From contig JBBFKZ010000027.1 of NCBI GenBank assembly GCA_037481775.1, positions 1 through 16,293 on the forward strand: a stretch of 16,293 nt of DNA. Direction: 5' to 3'. A model generated the notes under the pieces. That model made no database searches and was not told where the DNA came from. It was given only the letters and a program-made list of their open reading frames with translations. How positions within the stretch are numbered: the first letter of the stretch is position 1; every line of letters begins with the position of its first letter. The translations under genes were made by a program, and so were the position numbers. Below, piece by piece: positions 1 through 7,815 of this stretch. Source of the stretch: Candidatus Bathyarchaeia archaeon. GTDB taxonomy: Archaea; Thermoproteota; Bathyarchaeia; Bathyarchaeales; Bathycorpusculaceae.

Positions 1-524
1 CCGCGGAGGTTCAGTGCAGGACCGGGCTGGGCACTGTTGGCCCGCTGATGCTCGGCGGATGCATACTCACGGTTGAGCCTGGCGCGCCCGGGATCAGCGT
101 CATTGACCGCATTCCCTTAAGCGATGATTACGTCGTTGTTGCAGGTGTTTTCGGCGGCATCTCCACAAGGCAAGTGTTGGCGTCGGAGGAGAAGCGGCGT
201 GAAGTTAATCGCTGGGGCAGAAAGACGCTGGAGGCGATTTTAGATGAGCCTTCTGTTGAGAATTTTCTGGCGTGCTGCCTGCGCTTCGCAGAGAACGCTG
301 GCTTCATGACGCCGCGTGTTAGGCAACTGGTGAAGTTGGCAGAGAAGGCTGGCGCCGTCGGAGTGGCGCAGAACATGGTTGGCGAGGCGGTTCACGCTCT
401 TGCGTTTGAGGAAAATGCGGCGGAAATAGCGGAAGCTTTTAAGCAGGTTCTGCCCATCGAGAACATACTTGTAGCCAAGATTGATTTCCAAGGTGCTAGG
501 CTGGTAGGGCATGAAAAGGTTTAG
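1..524 (+). CDS. pok: Pantoate kinase (GHMP family), 5'-truncated by the window edge
   Basis: The frame is open from base 3: AEVQCRTGLGTVGPLMLGG...PGAPG...AQNMVGEAVHA. AEVxxxTGLGTV, PGAPG and QNMxGE are archaeal pantoate kinase motifs. It overlaps coaD. Confidence 0.85.
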   Translation, partial: AEVQCRTGLGTVGPLMLGGCILTVEPGAPGISVIDRIPLSDDYVVVAGVFGGISTRQVLASEEKRREVNRWGRKTLEAILDEPSVENFLACCLRFAENAGFMTPRVRQLVKLAEKAGAVGVAQNMVGEAVHALAFEENAAEIAEAFKQVLPIENILVAKIDFQGARLVGHEKV

Positions 525-990
525 GAAAGTAGCGGTCGGCGGAACCTTTGACGAGTTACATAAGGGTCACAAAACTCTACTCCTGAAAGCCTTCGAAATT
601 GGTAACCGTGTATTAATCGGCTTATGCACAGACGAGTTTGTGAAGCGAATGGGTAAACCTCATGTAACCGCTTCTTATGGGGAACGCCTAAGTGAGCTTG
701 AAGCATTCTTAAAAGAGCATGGGCTACTTGACAGGGCGGAGATTATTCCGCTGAACGACCCTTACGGAAACACGTTAACAGACAAGTGCATAGAAGCGCT
801 GGTTGTAAGCGAGGAAACTGAACGAACCGCCATCAAAATTAACCAGAAAAGAAACGAAGTGGGTCTACCGCCGCTTGAGATAGTCACGATAAGCATGGTG
901 CCCGCGGAAAATGCCAAGCCAATCTCAACCACAAGAATCCGCCAGGGCGAAATTGACCGGGAAGGGCGCTTGCTAAAGCGAACTGCATAA
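511..990 (+). CDS. coaD: Archaeal phosphopantetheine adenylyltransferase
   Basis: VAVGGTFDELHKGH (HxGH), DPYG, ALVVSEET and ISTTRIR motifs; coupled to pantoate kinase. Confidence 0.93.
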   Translation: MKRFRKVAVGGTFDELHKGHKTLLLKAFEIGNRVLIGLCTDEFVKRMGKPHVTASYGERLSELEAFLKEHGLLDRAEIIPLNDPYGNTLTDKCIEALVVSEETERTAIKINQKRNEVGLPPLEIVTISMVPAENAKPISTTRIRQGEIDREGRLLKRTA

Positions 991-1015
991 GCTACGCCTC
1001 GGTGGAAAACATGTC

Positions 1016-1951
1016 TCACAGGATTTCGCCTATTATTGTGGTTGGTTTGCGTATAACTGCTGTTAACTCGTCAACTTTTTCGCTGTTCAACGTAACAAGC
1101 ACCACTGTGGCGGGGCCTGCGGACTTGTTCAAGTCGATGTCGCCTGATTCCACAATTTTTAGTTGCCGCCCAACGCTGTGGGCCAGCATTCTTGCTGCGT
1201 AGCCGATGCCATAAGTGCCTACGGGAATAATATCGTGGACAAAGCTTTTCTGTGAAAGTTGAATTACACTCTTGAGATCGGCGATTTCGCCTTTAACTTC
1301 CGCTGGAATAACCTCCGCACCAATCCGTGGCTTGCCAACAGCGACTATCACATCGCCTGGATGCGTCTTCCCAAGCCTTAGTTCTTCATCGTTTGCAAAG
1401 CCAATTACTGTTATCCCTGCACCTGTCTGCGCGGTTTCAAAGTTGTCCTCAGTGTTCTCGAGCAAAACCTGATTTGGATCAAGCCCGAGAACTCTTGATT
1501 CGCTTCTTACGCCCTCTATAATTTCGTGGCCTGTAGGCTCCCTTTCCACGCTAAGCGTGGCTGATATGAGTAACGGATATGCGCCTGTAGCCGCAACATC
1601 CATCAAGGCAACTCTTGCGAGAAACTTGCCTAGGACGTACCCTTTAACCTTCACGTGATCCATCGGCTTCGGGCCGACGCTGCCGGAGGATGTGGAGCCT
1701 GCTACTATAGCGTGGCCTGTGGGCACTTTCAAAATTGCCACATCGCCTCTTCGCATGTAGTCAATCTGCGCGGGTTTGACTTGGAATACCAAGGGCCTCA
1801 GCATGGCTCCGATGTTTTCTACAAGATGCAGATACACCGTAAGTGCTTGCCGGATTACTTCCGATCTGCTGATGCCGTGCTTTTTGGCTAGCGCATCTAT
1901 GTTTGATGTTAGCTTATCCGATAAACGCACATTTATGATTTCCATGCTCAA
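1016..1951 (-). CDS. Ribbon-helix-helix (CopG/NikR-type) domain fused to a CblS/AIR-synthase-related (alpha-ribazole kinase-like) domain; putative regulator
   Basis: The N-terminus IINVRLSDKLTSNIDALAKKHGISRSEVIRQALTVYL is a classic RHH. The rest aligns with 2533..3297 (GPKPMD, LGKFLARVALM, KSAGPATVVL). Start is TTG 1951 or ATG 1945. Confidence 0.8.
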   Translation of the reverse strand: MSMEIINVRLSDKLTSNIDALAKKHGISRSEVIRQALTVYLHLVENIGAMLRPLVFQVKPAQIDYMRRGDVAILKVPTGHAIVAGSTSSGSVGPKPMDHVKVKGYVLGKFLARVALMDVAATGAYPLLISATLSVEREPTGHEIIEGVRSESRVLGLDPNQVLLENTEDNFETAQTGAGITVIGFANDEELRLGKTHPGDVIVAVGKPRIGAEVIPAEVKGEIADLKSVIQLSQKSFVHDIIPVGTYGIGYAARMLAHSVGRQLKIVESGDIDLNKSAGPATVVLVTLNSEKVDELTAVIRKPTTIIGEIL

Positions 1952-1956
1952 CCCTT

Positions 1957-1974
1957 GTATTACAATTGTAATAC
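1957..1974. promoter_or_regulatory. Perfect 18-bp palindrome GTATTACAATTGTAATAC, candidate RHH operator in a divergent promoter
   Basis: Self-complementary over 18 bp; lies 5 bp upstream of the RHH-fusion TTG start and just upstream of a TATA-like TTTTATG at ~1987. Confidence 0.75.
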
Positions 1975-2029
1975 GAATGGAAATGCTTTTATGATTTTCC
2001 TTTTTGCCCTTTAGAAAAAAGAGAGGAGA

Positions 2030-2536
2030 ATGATGAGCGAAAAAACAAGCGAAGCAGCAAAAGCCTCTGCAAGCTGGGTCATTGCTCGCATAGCCATTTT
2101 CTCCGCGCTAACAGTCATTGGTTCATTCATAAAGACCCCCAGCCCAATCCCCTCCGTTGCCTTCGACTCAAGCCCAGGATTCTTTGCAGCCTTATACTTT
2201 GGCGTGTTCGACGGCGCCTTAGTCTGCGGCATAGGTCACATCGCTACCTCAGTCATCAGCGGTTTCCCCTTAGGCGCTCTACATCTTCCCATTGCGCTGG
2301 GCATGGCGCTTTCAGGCGCAGCCATAGGCTTCGTAAACAAGCTAAACAAGAAATGGGGCTTCATCCCCGGTCTCATAGTTGGAGTAGCCATAAACACTGC
2401 TCTAGTGGTTTTAGCAGTGCCCGTCATAACGTGGGCTGGAGCAATCGCGTTCGCGCCTCTGCTGCTTTTAGGCGCATCCCTAAACGCCATCGTCGCTGCT
2501 ATCGTGTACGTGGCTTTGCGAGGTAAACTCCGTTGA
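2030..2536 (+). CDS. cblT: ECF transporter S component, CblT-like (alpha-ribazole uptake)
   Basis: Hydrophobic 168-aa multi-TM protein with IAIFSALTVIGSFIK..SVAFDSSPGFFAALYFG and GH..TS..SGFPL motifs; GAGGAG SD; coupled to a CblS-like gene. Confidence 0.7.
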   Translation: MMSEKTSEAAKASASWVIARIAIFSALTVIGSFIKTPSPIPSVAFDSSPGFFAALYFGVFDGALVCGIGHIATSVISGFPLGALHLPIALGMALSGAAIGFVNKLNKKWGFIPGLIVGVAINTALVVLAVPVITWAGAIAFAPLLLLGASLNAIVAAIVYVALRGKLR

Positions 2537-3297
2537 TTGGTTCCCCTGTTTTTACCTCCACAAACAGGGACCTCCTCATTTTTCAACTCGCCAACGGCGA
2601 CGCTCTAGTTGTTGGCTGCGACTCCTCAGGAGGCGTAGGCCCCAAACCTCTTGACAAAATCAAAGTAGACGGATACACTCTTGGAAAATTCATAGCCCGA
2701 GTAGCATTAATGGAAGTTCTCTCGGTTTCAGCAGCCCCTTTGTGCATAATTAATACGCTTAGTGTAGCGCCTGAACCGCTTGGCGCTGAAATTTTAAGGG
2801 GCGTACGTGCTGAGGCGAAAAGGGCAGGGTTGGATCCGCAGCTTGCAGTAACTGGTAGCACCGAGAAAAACTTCCAGGTTGAGCAGACAGGTATGGGTGT
2901 AACCGTGATAGGGCTAAGCCGAAAGGGCTTCTTGAAAATCGGCGCATCCCAGCCGGGGGACATAGTGGCTGCTGTAGGCGTTCCCTGCGTGGGAAACGAG
3001 GTTATCCCAGCGGAAAATATGCATATGATTGCTGATATAGAGGATCTTTTGAAGCTTCAGGCGCTGACATTTGTCCATGAGGTAATTCCTGTTGGGTCAA
3101 AGGGCATAGTGCATGAAATTAACGTTTTAGCTAAAGATTCAAAACTAACTGCCACGTTGGCAAACGAGGCAGCGGTTGATTTGAAGAAATCTGCGGGTCC
3201 CGCCACCGTTATTCTTGCCAGCCTTCCTATGTCTAAACTTGAAGAGCTTAAGGCCGCCGTTACCAAGCCTGTCAACGTTGTTGGCCAATTATTCTAA
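2533..3297 (+). CDS. cblS: CblS-like alpha-ribazole kinase (AIR synthase/PurM-related ATP-binding fold)
   Basis: VVGCDSSGGVGPKPLD, ARVALMEV, TGSTEKNF..QTGMGVTVIG, EVIPVGSKGI and DLKKSAGPAT motifs; 4-bp overlap with the S component. Confidence 0.7.
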   Translation: MIGSPVFTSTNRDLLIFQLANGDALVVGCDSSGGVGPKPLDKIKVDGYTLGKFIARVALMEVLSVSAAPLCIINTLSVAPEPLGAEILRGVRAEAKRAGLDPQLAVTGSTEKNFQVEQTGMGVTVIGLSRKGFLKIGASQPGDIVAAVGVPCVGNEVIPAENMHMIADIEDLLKLQALTFVHEVIPVGSKGIVHEINVLAKDSKLTATLANEAAVDLKKSAGPATVILASLPMSKLEELKAAVTKPVNVVGQLF

Positions 3298-3346
3298 AGC
3301 AGACTTGCCCTGCACTCTGCGCTTAAGCGCCTAACGCTTGTGTATG

Positions 3347-3904
3347 CTAGATTAGTAAGTGCTCTAATAGTATTTTGACGCCGATCGCTATTAGAACGAT
3401 GCCGCCTACAATGTGTATTTTGCTTTCAAAAGCATTTCCAAGTTTGCTGCCGAAACAAAAACCTCCTATGGATAAGAGGAAAGTAACTACGCCAATTGTA
3501 ATCACCGGAACCGCTATGGCTACTCGCAGCAAAGAAAAACTTAACCCAACCGCTAACGCGTCAATGCTTGTTGCAACTGAAAGCATCAATAGGGTAGCCG
3601 CCGTTAAAGGGCTTTCTTTCTTCTTCTCCTGGTCAGCTTTTGCAGAACGAATCATTTTCCCGCCGACAAATGCTAAAAGCCCAAACGCTAGCCAATGATC
3701 AAAGTTGCTGATTAATTCTATTAGGCTTAAGCCGGCCAGCCAGCCCAGTACCGGCATGAAAGTTTGGAATGCGCCAAAAGCGCTTGCCATAGCTAATCCA
3801 GTGATGGTCCTGCGATTTCGGGTTACCATGCCACGCGCAATTGACACTGCGAACGCGTCAGTTGCAAGGCCAAGCGCAATCAGGAGAATAGTTGCCGCGT
3901 CCAC
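3347..3904 (-). CDS. mntP: Manganese efflux pump MntP family
   Basis: LGLATDAFAVS, FGAFQTFMP, DHWLAFGLL and ATSIDALAVG motifs. Confidence 0.92.
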   Translation of the reverse strand: MDAATILLIALGLATDAFAVSIARGMVTRNRRTITGLAMASAFGAFQTFMPVLGWLAGLSLIELISNFDHWLAFGLLAFVGGKMIRSAKADQEKKKESPLTAATLLMLSVATSIDALAVGLSFSLLRVAIAVPVITIGVVTFLLSIGGFCFGSKLGNAFESKIHIVGGIVLIAIGVKILLEHLLI

Positions 3905-4041
3905 TGTGCATCTGTCCTGTTTCCGTGGCTTATAGGCAATAAGCCCTTACATCTTAAAGGCTTCGGTTTCCTTCCGCAAGTTTCTTCAAAAAGGTAAATA
4001 TCTCGAAAAGGGCAATGGACATTTCACTGGAGAAATCCTGT

Positions 4042-4797
4042 TTGAAGCTGAGCCTATCTAACGGCATTTTTGCGCATCTACCCTTAGCCGAGAACATCGC
4101 CGCTGTCCGAAGACTTGGTTTCGAAAACTTGGAATTTAACATGAAAAGCGTGGAGAAAGAAGACGATGACTCCGTTTACGTTGCGAAAAAACTTATCGAA
4201 GCGCATGGGCTGAAGTGTTTAACTGTTCATGCGGCATGCCTACACGTTAAAGAGCAAAATGAAATACCTACGGCCGTTTACTATGGAAAAGTTTCAGCCG
4301 ATTTTGCGCATCAGCTCTCAGCGCCCGTGCTTGTCATACACTCAAACATCAACAGGCGATTGCCTGCAGACCTGCGGCAAAAGTTTTTGGCAGAAATCTT
4401 CAGCGAGCTGAGGCCTTACGCAGAGAAGCTGCGTCTTAAGCTGGCGTTGGAGAACCTTTCATACGCGTCAACAGGCTTCGGCAAGAACATTGATGAACTA
4501 GACGAAATTATCAGCGCAATAGGTGGCGACGCGTTAGGTGTAACCTTGGATTTTTGTCATGCCGAGGCTACAGGGCAGACAACGCGTCTGCTCAACAAAT
4601 ATCATGAACGCCTCTGCAACATTCACATTAGTAACCGCGCGCACACACCCTTCAAAGAAGAAACGCAGAACTTGAGAGCCTTTCTCAGCAAACTCAAAGA
4701 TTACGGCTATGACGGACCGCTAACCATAGAGTTAAACAGGAAATGCACAATTGAAGAAATTCAGAAAACAAAGGAAATAATTCAAAAGCTAATTTAA
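4042..4797 (+). CDS. Sugar phosphate isomerase/epimerase (xylose isomerase-like TIM barrel, AP endonuclease 2 family)
   Basis: LGFENLEF, LALENL, VTLDFCH, NIHISN and GYDGPLTIE metal-ligand pattern. Likely start TTG 4042 after GGAGA; the ORF is open from 4015. Confidence 0.82.
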   Translation: MKLSLSNGIFAHLPLAENIAAVRRLGFENLEFNMKSVEKEDDDSVYVAKKLIEAHGLKCLTVHAACLHVKEQNEIPTAVYYGKVSADFAHQLSAPVLVIHSNINRRLPADLRQKFLAEIFSELRPYAEKLRLKLALENLSYASTGFGKNIDELDEIISAIGGDALGVTLDFCHAEATGQTTRLLNKYHERLCNIHISNRAHTPFKEETQNLRAFLSKLKDYGYDGPLTIELNRKCTIEEIQKTKEIIQKLI

Positions 4798-4824
4798 TAA
4801 ACGCGCAGCTACTACTGTTATGGC

Positions 4825-5031
4825 ATGCGGCTTGCAACAATAGTCGTAGGCGAAATCATTCTGCTCGTAGCATCAGTGCTCGTTTTCCGAAGTCTTTGGA
4901 CACTGCTTGACCAGTACTTTGGGCAAACAAATCTTTGGCCAATGCTAATAATAGGACTGATTTTAACCGTCGTGGCGCTGATAATCGTGAATTACGAAGT
5001 CAAATGCGAACTAAACCAGAAGAAAAATTAA
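4825..5031 (+). CDS. Small two-TM membrane protein, hypothetical
   Basis: 68 aa, ATG start, two hydrophobic segments around FRSLWTLLDQY. Confidence 0.65.
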   Translation: MRLATIVVGEIILLVASVLVFRSLWTLLDQYFGQTNLWPMLIIGLILTVVALIIVNYEVKCELNQKKN

Positions 5032-5160
5032 CGTTCCACAGCAATAGCCTATAAAGCGGCCCAAACAAACACGATCAGAAAGAATACTCTTGTAACTTAC
5101 TGTACGCTTATTACAGCGACCTACTTTAAGCCAATTATTCCGACTGAAAAAGGATCAAAG

Positions 5161-5245
5161 CGCGGGGTGTGGGATTTGAACCCACGCGGCCTTTTGGGCC
5201 ACAGACTTAGCAGGCCTGCCCCCTACCAGGCTAGGGCAACCCCGC
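5161..5245 (-). tRNA. tRNA-Ser (GCT)
   Basis: Minus strand has a GCGGGGT/ACCCCGC acceptor, G discriminator, anticodon arm CAGGC-CTGCTAA-GTCTG, long variable arm GGCC-CAAAA-GGCC and T-arm GTGGGTTCAAATCCCAC. No intron and no encoded CCA. Confidence 0.95.
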
Positions 5246-5513
5246 CATGTTTTTCTCTAACGCTTTGCCATGTCCTTTTAGTTTTGCACATTTTTATTTA
5301 TTGCCTTTCTATTTACGTTTTCCAAGGCATAACTTGGTAAGTATGCCGCACATAGGCCGACTTTAAAGTGCCCTTCATATTTGGCTGCTATTAGCGATTC
5401 ATTGCAGAAACCTATAGAGGGGCTATCAGCGGCAACAGCAACCAGCACTGAAAGCAGTATACAACAACTAGAAGGTGGTTCTTTAACGAAAGCAGCGCGC
5501 AGTTTTCAAGTAA

Positions 5514-6542
5514 TTAATCTCTATTTGGCTCGATGATTATCTTCAAAGATTCTCCTGCTTCAGCCATCAGCCGGAAGCCTTCAGCCGCTTGCTTAATGTC
5601 GAGCCTATGTGTTATCATCTCCTTGATATTCAGCCTTTTCTGAGATAGAACTGACAAAGCCTCTTCGAGATCCCGCGGTGCAGCGCCGTAACTGGTTTTC
5701 AATGTAACCTCGTTTCGCCAAAACGCAGTTATGGGCACAGGAAGCATTACCGTTGGATCAGGCACCGCAAAGAACAGGATTGTTCCCCCTTTGTCTACGC
5801 ACTCTAAAGCCGTCAAAGCCGCCTGCGCTGCGCCTGTGCACACTATCACTTGATCGGCTAGTCGCCCGTCATTCAGTTCCTTCAGCTGCTGCGGCACATT
5901 GTCCCGTGCATTTATTGTGTGATGTGCACCGAATTTTGCTGAAAGTCTCAAACGATTCGGATTTATGTCCGTTGCAACTATCCTGTGAACGCCGGCAAGT
6001 TTCGCCAGCTGCACATGCAGCAACCCTGCAACCCCGCTGCCCACAATTAGCAACGTATCGTCTTTTTGAATTGCTGCAAGCCTTTGCCCTCGAATCGTGC
6101 ATGCCACTGGTTCAATGAAGGTTCCCTCTTCATAGGTCATATCCGCTGGAAGCCTGTAAACACCATGTTCAACGTTTATCCATGGAACACGAATGTACTG
6201 CGCAAAGCCGCCTGGAAAATAATTTGTTGTATGTAAAGTCTCGCAAGCCGTATGATGCCCCTTCATGCAGTAACGACACTGGCCGCAGGGCACGTGATGA
6301 GATACAAAAACGCGTTCGCCAACATGATACCTTGTTACCTTGGCGCCTACTTTTGCAATTACGCCTGTTGCTTCGTGACCTAAAACTCTCGGCGCCTTTG
6401 GGACTCTATACCACTCTGTTACATCGCTTCCGCATATGCCGCAAGCCATTACCTTAATGAGCATTTCATTCTCTGAGATTTCGGGAATAGGCATCTCCTG
6501 GATTCTTACATCTCTATTGTTGTAGTAAACAGCGGCAAGCAT
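5514..6542 (-). CDS. Zinc-dependent medium-chain dehydrogenase (sorbitol/threonine dehydrogenase-like)
   Basis: CGICGSD, LGHE, structural Zn site CGQCRYC...C, and Rossmann motif GSGVAG. Confidence 0.92.
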   Translation of the reverse strand: MLAAVYYNNRDVRIQEMPIPEISENEMLIKVMACGICGSDVTEWYRVPKAPRVLGHEATGVIAKVGAKVTRYHVGERVFVSHHVPCGQCRYCMKGHHTACETLHTTNYFPGGFAQYIRVPWINVEHGVYRLPADMTYEEGTFIEPVACTIRGQRLAAIQKDDTLLIVGSGVAGLLHVQLAKLAGVHRIVATDINPNRLRLSAKFGAHHTINARDNVPQQLKELNDGRLADQVIVCTGAAQAALTALECVDKGGTILFFAVPDPTVMLPVPITAFWRNEVTLKTSYGAAPRDLEEALSVLSQKRLNIKEMITHRLDIKQAAEGFRLMAEAGESLKIIIEPNRD

Positions 6543-6564
6543 GAGTTCACCAAAAAGGAAGCGG

Positions 6565-7359
6565 CTATTTGCCCGCTTTCACTTGCTCATATAAGTCGTT
6601 GGCTTCGCTGGCCGTGTAATTCTCATGAATTATCGCGCGAATGGCCCGAATTGCCGCTACAGGATGCTCTGACTGCCAAATATTTCGTCCAAGATTAACG
6701 CCTATGGCGCCTTTCTGCATGCCATCATAGACAAAGTCGAAAACTTCCCGTTGAGTTTCGGTTTTCGGTCCACCTGCTATTACCACAGGAACAGGACAGC
6801 CGTCAACAACCTTGTCAAAGCCCTCTTCGCAGTAGTACGTTTTCACCACTCTGGCGCCTAGCTCCGCTGCTATACGGCAGCATAATGCCAAATAACGTGC
6901 GGTACGCTTCTCAAGCTCCCTGCCCACGGCGGTAACAGCCATAACGGGTATGCCATAATTCTCGCATACATCCACGAGCTTTGCCAAGTTCGTCAAAGTC
7001 TGATGCTCATACTTGCTGCCTACAAAGATTGACATGGAAACGGCGCTTGCGTTTAAACGTATAATTTCCTCTATCGAAGTCGTTATACCCTCATTTGCCA
7101 AATCTTCGCCAACCATGCTGGTTCCGCCTGAAACCCGCAGTATAATGGGCTTATTAATCGCTGGATCCACGCAGTTTCTAAGCACGCCCCGCGTCAGCAT
7201 CACTGCATCTGCATAAGGTAGTAGCGGCTTTATGGTTTCACCTGGCTTCTCCAGCTTGCTCGTAGGTCCCTGGAAATATCCATGGTCTATTGGCAGAAAG
7301 AGTGCCTTGCCATCTGGTTGGATTAGGCGTGAAAGCCTATTTTTCATTCCCCAATCCAT
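6565..7359 (-). CDS. lsrF: LsrF-like class I aldolase/thiolase (DhnA/FbaB family)
   Basis: MDWGMKNRLSR N-terminus, DHGYFQGPT, AAELGARVVKTYY (Schiff-base Lys), PVVIAGGPK and GRNIWQ. Confidence 0.85.
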   Translation of the reverse strand: MDWGMKNRLSRLIQPDGKALFLPIDHGYFQGPTSKLEKPGETIKPLLPYADAVMLTRGVLRNCVDPAINKPIILRVSGGTSMVGEDLANEGITTSIEEIIRLNASAVSMSIFVGSKYEHQTLTNLAKLVDVCENYGIPVMAVTAVGRELEKRTARYLALCCRIAAELGARVVKTYYCEEGFDKVVDGCPVPVVIAGGPKTETQREVFDFVYDGMQKGAIGVNLGRNIWQSEHPVAAIRAIRAIIHENYTASEANDLYEQVKAGK

Positions 7360-7362
7360 AGC

Positions 7363-7596
7363 CTATTTCTCCTCTGGATTCTTGGGTTTAAGAATTAAAT
7401 AACCTTTCTCTATAAGCCAATGGTGAAACTGCCAAGTTGTGTATCTGCATGCGGTGCTGCAGGTCTTCCTAACGCGTTCGTATTCTTCTGGTTTGTCTGC
7501 CAAGCGGTTTAACTCCATCTGCACAGGACATTTCACGTCGTTGCAGAATTCTCTGCGCTTGTACTCTATGAAGCCTTCAAGAGACATAGCCATCAA
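7363..7596 (-). CDS. Small Cys/His-containing protein (possible metal binder), first gene of the lsrF operon
   Basis: C-x4-C, C-x3-C and FHHW pattern; ends 3 bp before the lsrF start. Confidence 0.65.
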   Translation of the reverse strand: MMAMSLEGFIEYKRREFCNDVKCPVQMELNRLADKPEEYERVRKTCSTACRYTTWQFHHWLIEKGYLILKPKNPEEK

Positions 7597-7770
7597 CAGC
7601 TAATCCTCACGCAGCGCTAAATAAATATTAAGTGCTTTCAAGGCGCAGGCATCTTTAGCGTTTGCACAAGCCTTTACCGCAGAGCGATTTACACTAATGG
7701 CTGCTTGAAGGACCCTCTAACACTGCTGATTAAAGCCGTTTCTTGGAAGCATAAAATGGCGCTGTTTATT

Positions 7771-7782
7771 TGGTAGCCCGGG
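7771..7782 (-). other. Putative att site: tRNA 3'-end fragment CCCGGGCTACCA (tRNA-Gln-like)
   Basis: Minus strand reads CCCGGGCTACCA, matching the ...GGGCT-A-CCA end of archaeal tRNA-Gln; 33 bp beyond the integrase stop. Confidence 0.55.
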
Positions 7783-7815
7783 AGACCCCACCTTCTAGGG
7801 TTACATTTATACTTT

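Noticed and set aside
1952-2029. Cobalamin riboswitch upstream of cblT
   Set aside because: The gap is only 78 bp, AT-rich, and has no B12-box.
1002-3275. Similar antisense ORFs 1002..1202 and 3057..3275 (both TVAGPAD)
   Set aside because: A by-product of the paralogy between the two CblS-like genes (KSAGPATV read antisense).
5161-5245. tRNA-Ser as the integration site of the element
   Set aside because: It is 2.5 kb from the integrase with metabolic genes in between, and its 3' end (ACCCCGCG) does not match the att-like fragment.
6565-7359. Archaeal fructose-bisphosphate aldolase or ADH synthase (aroA')
   Set aside because: Same fold, but the DWGMKNRL N-terminus and DHGYFQGPT motif fit the LsrF subfamily better.
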